From positions 434,001 to 498,000 of the forward strand of contig RSEE01000036.1 of the NCBI GenBank assembly GCA_003971905.1: a stretch of DNA of 64,000 bases. The letters run 5' to 3'. This document shows positions 60,930 through 64,000 of this stretch, piece after piece (within the stretch, counting starts at the first letter, position 1; every line of letters starts with the position of its first letter). Source of the stretch: Moniliella sp. 'wahieum'. Taxonomy: Eukaryota. The notes under the pieces were generated by a model. That model made no database searches. It was not told the DNA's origin and worked only from the letters and a program-made list of their open reading frames with translations. Made by a program: the position numbers and the translations under genes.

Positions 60930-61034
60930 TGGTCGAACCCGGGATCAAACCGGGGACCCTTTCGCGTCTCAACGAAACCTGTTGCTTCAGGATGTGAAGC
61001 GTACGTGATAACCAACCAACTACACCACGATGCC
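60930..61034 (-). tRNA. Degenerate tRNA-Val(CAC) or pseudo-tRNA with 26-nt intron
   Basis: Val-type D arm GTGGTGTAGTTGGTTGGTTATCACG, anticodon CAC, T5 terminator. The acceptor stem GGCATCG/TTCGACC is largely unpaired, the anticodon stem has an A.A mismatch, and the T loop reads TTTGATC. Confidence 0.6.
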
Positions 61035-61262
61035 TTATGATTGCAAGTAGAAAAAGTGTCGTGACCCTATATATTTGCCGGCAAATCGTTCTGACAGGAT
61101 TCCCACCTTCTATGGTTACTGTTGTTGCAAGTGGACGCAGGCCGAGTGAAACGAAGCAGCTCTGGCACCCGAATAGCCGGCCCATCGTTTGGACTATGGC
61201 ATGAATCATGAGATATTTGGTATGGGAATGACGCTGTAGATGGGTAGCTTGTCCGGTAGCAC

Positions 61263-62108
61263 CTAGATCCGGACCGACAGGTTCGCACGGTTGGCAAGTG
61301 CGTTCTTGTGGGCCTCGAGACGTTTCTGCAGCACACTCGAGCGGCCTTCGACAACAGCGAGAAGTTCCTTGGCGATACGGTCTTCGTATCGCTTGTCTGT
61401 CCTGCGGAAGGCGGCTCTGAGAATGGCTTTGATTCCCTTGTGGGCCGAGGCAGATTCCGAGAGCGGACGCGGGGTGTGAATGACTTTGGCACCACGCTTG
61501 GTAGATACTGTATCGACATTGGGACTGGCCTGCTTCACTGCCTCAACAAAGAGCGGAAGAGGAGAATCGTTGGTGGCAATGGCAATCCGTTGCAACGCAG
61601 CGGCCACGACGCGCTCTGCTTTGGTGCGGTCGCCGCGTTTGGTCATCATCCCAATCATCTTATTGATGAGTGGGTGCACATCGGGCGCACGTTGAGCCTT
61701 GTGGTCAAACAACGATGGATCCACCTCGTACACCTCCCATGGCAGCGTCGCGACCGCCGGCTGGCTCGGGCGGGCCCAGGCGCCAAAGTCGGCGGGTGGC
61801 TGGCCCAGGTGGTCAAACGCATCGGGGGCAAGACCATCGGCAAAGCTAAGCGGTGCACTCGGATCTTGCGATGTGCGCAAAATCTCCTGGGCCTGGTCGC
61901 TGGCCTTTCGGTCGACAGGAGGAAGGTGCGGGTCACTGTCGGGGGCAACGCCTGCCTCGGCACGATGGCGGCGCTGCGGGCTGGAGTCGTCCGAGAGCAG
62001 GCGAGCAGGGGCGGAGATGTGCAGCGGGCGGAGAGCAGCAGCGCGAGGGACGGCACGCGCGGACGCGGCACGTGGAAACACTCGCCTCGCAGCAAGGCTG
62101 GCCAGCAT
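61263..62108 (-). CDS. RSM7: Mitochondrial ribosomal protein uS7m
   Basis: Presequence MLASLAARRVFPR; HPLINKMIGMMTKRGDRTKAERVV..AVKQASP..RIAKELLAVVEGRSSVLQKRLEAHKNALANRAN. Confidence 0.9.
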   Translation of the reverse strand: MLASLAARRVFPRAASARAVPRAAALRPLHISAPARLLSDDSSPQRRHRAEAGVAPDSDPHLPPVDRKASDQAQEILRTSQDPSAPLSFADGLAPDAFDHLGQPPADFGAWARPSQPAVATLPWEVYEVDPSLFDHKAQRAPDVHPLINKMIGMMTKRGDRTKAERVVAAALQRIAIATNDSPLPLFVEAVKQASPNVDTVSTKRGAKVIHTPRPLSESASAHKGIKAILRAAFRRTDKRYEDRIAKELLAVVEGRSSVLQKRLEAHKNALANRANLSVRI

Positions 62109-62439
62109 GGTGGGGATGGTGGAGCTAGCAACCACGCGGGTGGTGCCGGACACGGCTTGCTCTGAGATGCAACCGGCGGCCCAGCTAGTCAGCTGCGGTG
62201 ACTGCGTGACTGCTTGCCGCCGCCAAGAAGAAATCGGCGGGGTCCGTTACGTCAGCAGCCACTCTCCGTCCCGTCATGGATCATCGATCATCACGCATCG
62301 CGTCACGTGCGGGGTCTTGGGGGGCGCCAGTGAACATTTCACACCCTGGGCCTCCCTGTCCCCCAAGCGGTGCGGGCGCTGGCTGGGCTGCGGCTGGGCC
62401 GCCCCTGTCGCGCCACCACCTCTCGCCACCAACCGCACC

Positions 62440-63226
62440 ATGCATCTCCCGCCCTCACCGCCACGCTCACCGTCCTGCTGGCCGCCAGCACGGCCGTCTT
62501 TGCCCTCCCCTCCGCCCAGGACCAGGGACAGGACCAGCTCCGGATCGCTGTCCCCTCCCTCCAGCCAGAGCCGGAGCCAGACTTTGTCGATGTGCTTCAA
62601 GCCGAGGCCGACAAGGCGGGCATCAGCATTGATTGGGGCCTGGACCATGTGGCGCAGAAGGCGAACGAGGCTGCGTTCAAGCTCAACAAGGCGTCCGTTC
62701 TTGCGTCTGATTCTGGCTCCAGCTGGGTTTGGGCCTCGTGCGAGCTCGATGGCGATGCGTTGCGCGTGGACCGGGTGGACGTATTCCCCAACCCCCCTAA
62801 GCCCGGTCAGTCGCTAACTGTCAAGGGCGCCGGCCTGGTGCGGTCCTTGGTAGACGTATGTGTATCTTCTTTCCTCTTCTCTTCTCTTCTCTTCCCTGCC
62901 TGGGTGGTTTGCACTCCTACGAAACTTACCTGGACCTTCTGTCTCACGAAACAAACACACGCTAGGAAGGGACGTATGTCGATGTGGTCGTCAAGCTGGG
63001 CCTTATCAAGTTGCTGAGCAAACGGTTTGACCTCTGCCAGCTGGCTCGAGAAAACAATGCCGAGCTCCAGTGCCCACTTCAGCCCGGATTCTATGAGATT
63101 GAGCACACGGTTCAGCTTCCCCGCGAAATTCCGCCGGCCAAGTTCAACGTCCACGTTGGTGGTACGTCCCAGGCCGAGCAGGACCTGGTCTGCCTCGACT
63201 TGAGCATTGACTTCCTTCGTCGCTAA
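62440..63226 (+). CDS. NPC2: ML-domain lipid transfer protein (Npc2 / PG-PI transfer protein)
   Basis: Signal peptide; WVWASC..LRVDRVDVFPNPPKPGQSLTVKGAG | EGTYVDVVVKLGLIKLLSKRFDLC..QCPLQPG..LPREIPPAKFNV..LVCLDLSIDF. Intron at 62856-62965. Confidence 0.9.
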
Positions 63227-63321
63227 GATACCCGTTATCCTCGTGACGTATGGCAAGCACATCCCTTCCTTTTCTCCAATGTTCATGCACCCCAGTTGTC
63301 TCTCACCTGGTCCTGTCCTCT

Positions 63322-64000
63322 CTACTCGTTTGTGGCTCTCTTTGGCTCTACATTCTGTTCCCCCGGGGAATGCACAGTGTAAATATGCGCGTTCAGTTGG
63401 ATTCCATAGGGATAATGACAATGACTACCTTCTCCACCCTGCGCAGTACCATATCGGTCGTTAGCAAAGCGCCGCTCCAACGCCAACCGGGGTAACGTAC
63501 CTGAACCATATCCGTTTCGACTTTGGTACCCATTCGTCCCGTACCGCCCCGAGCCCGAAGGCGCCGACCCATACGCATTGCTCGGGCGGCCATCATACCT
63601 CGGACCTCGAGGCGCACGGGGCCCTCCCGCTCGGCCGATTCCCCTTCTGCCCCAATCACCCTGGTCGTAGCCACGGCCATCCCGCCACCCGTCCCGGCCA
63701 TCTCGTCCGTCCCGGGGCCAGGGGGGCCGGTCCCGTGGTCCAGCCACTCCCGGGGGAGCGTGCGCGCGACAAGGAGTGGTCGCCCCGGCCCGGGTCATGC
63801 GCTGGACCAGGCGGTGCCTCGCCAAAGGCTCTTCCAGAAGGAGGGGGGCGAGGGCTTCGCATGCTGGCACGGGGAGGACGAAGGGAATCCGTCCCGGGTG
63901 AACGGCGTTCAGGAATTGGGGAGCGCCTTCGCTCGAGTACCATGTCGGTCCCAGACGGACCAGCAGGCGGGTGCTGAACGGCATCGGATGGGAGAGTAGG
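63322..64000 (-). CDS. 3' end of an unidentified protein with an RG/RDG-rich tail
   Basis: An open frame runs from the window edge and ends in RDGRDGRDGWRDGRGY..GRYGTNGY low-complexity sequence. The family was not recognised and the stop is uncertain. Confidence 0.45.
   Translation of the reverse strand, partial: LLSHPMPFSTRLLVRLGPTWYSSEGAPQFLNAVHPGRIPFVLPVPACEALAPLLLEEPLARHRLVQRMTRAGATTPCRAHAPPGVAGPRDRPPWPRDGRDGRDGWRDGRGYDQGDWGRRGIGRAGGPRAPRGPRYDGRPSNAYGSAPSGSGRYGTNGYQSRNGYGSGTLPRLALERRFANDRYGTAQGGEGSHCHYPYGIQLNAHIYTVHSPGEQNVEPKRATNE

Noticed and set aside
1..64000. Frameshifts in most conserved genes, suggesting mass pseudogenisation or recoding
   Set aside because: They are single-base indels, often in homopolymers, in essential genes (PWP1, SET1 and others) with catalytic motifs intact. 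Long-read assembly error is the simplest explanation.

Overview
Compact, GC-rich, intron-poor fungal genomic DNA. A basidiomycete, probably Ustilaginomycotina-like, is inferred from gene content and intron style. Nearly every conserved gene carries single-base frameshifts, often in homopolymers, which points to an unpolished long-read assembly, so CDS boundaries are approximate. Positions 1-54 kb and 61-64 kb are mostly housekeeping genes: a Bem1-like PB1 tail, GH63, Whi5/Nrm1-like, CENP-T-like, SET1, PWP1, SGF73, SERF, tannase/feruloyl esterase, an OTU deubiquitinase, PAC3, RPP1, DUF1348, Mdj1-like DnaJ, TGL2-like lipase, THG1, a LIM protein, FAN1, CBS-PB1, a DHHC palmitoyltransferase, PGC1, EAF6, an SDR, RSM7 and NPC2, plus three tRNA loci. 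The stand-out region is 54.0-61.0 kb. A very young 4.6-kb LTR element lies there (353/352-bp LTRs differing by one base, GTCCA target-site duplication, copia-type half-tRNA PBS, PPT). It has no recognisable RT, integrase or RNase H. Instead it encodes two overlapping tandem-repeat ORFs joined by an in-frame C-CCU-UUU -1 slippery site. It is inserted in an older, opposite-strand gag-only unit bounded by 41/55-bp direct repeats. That unit's stop codon lies 2 nt before the ATG of an intronless bacterial-type SDR gene, and it begins about 120 bp from a structurally degenerate tRNA-Val.
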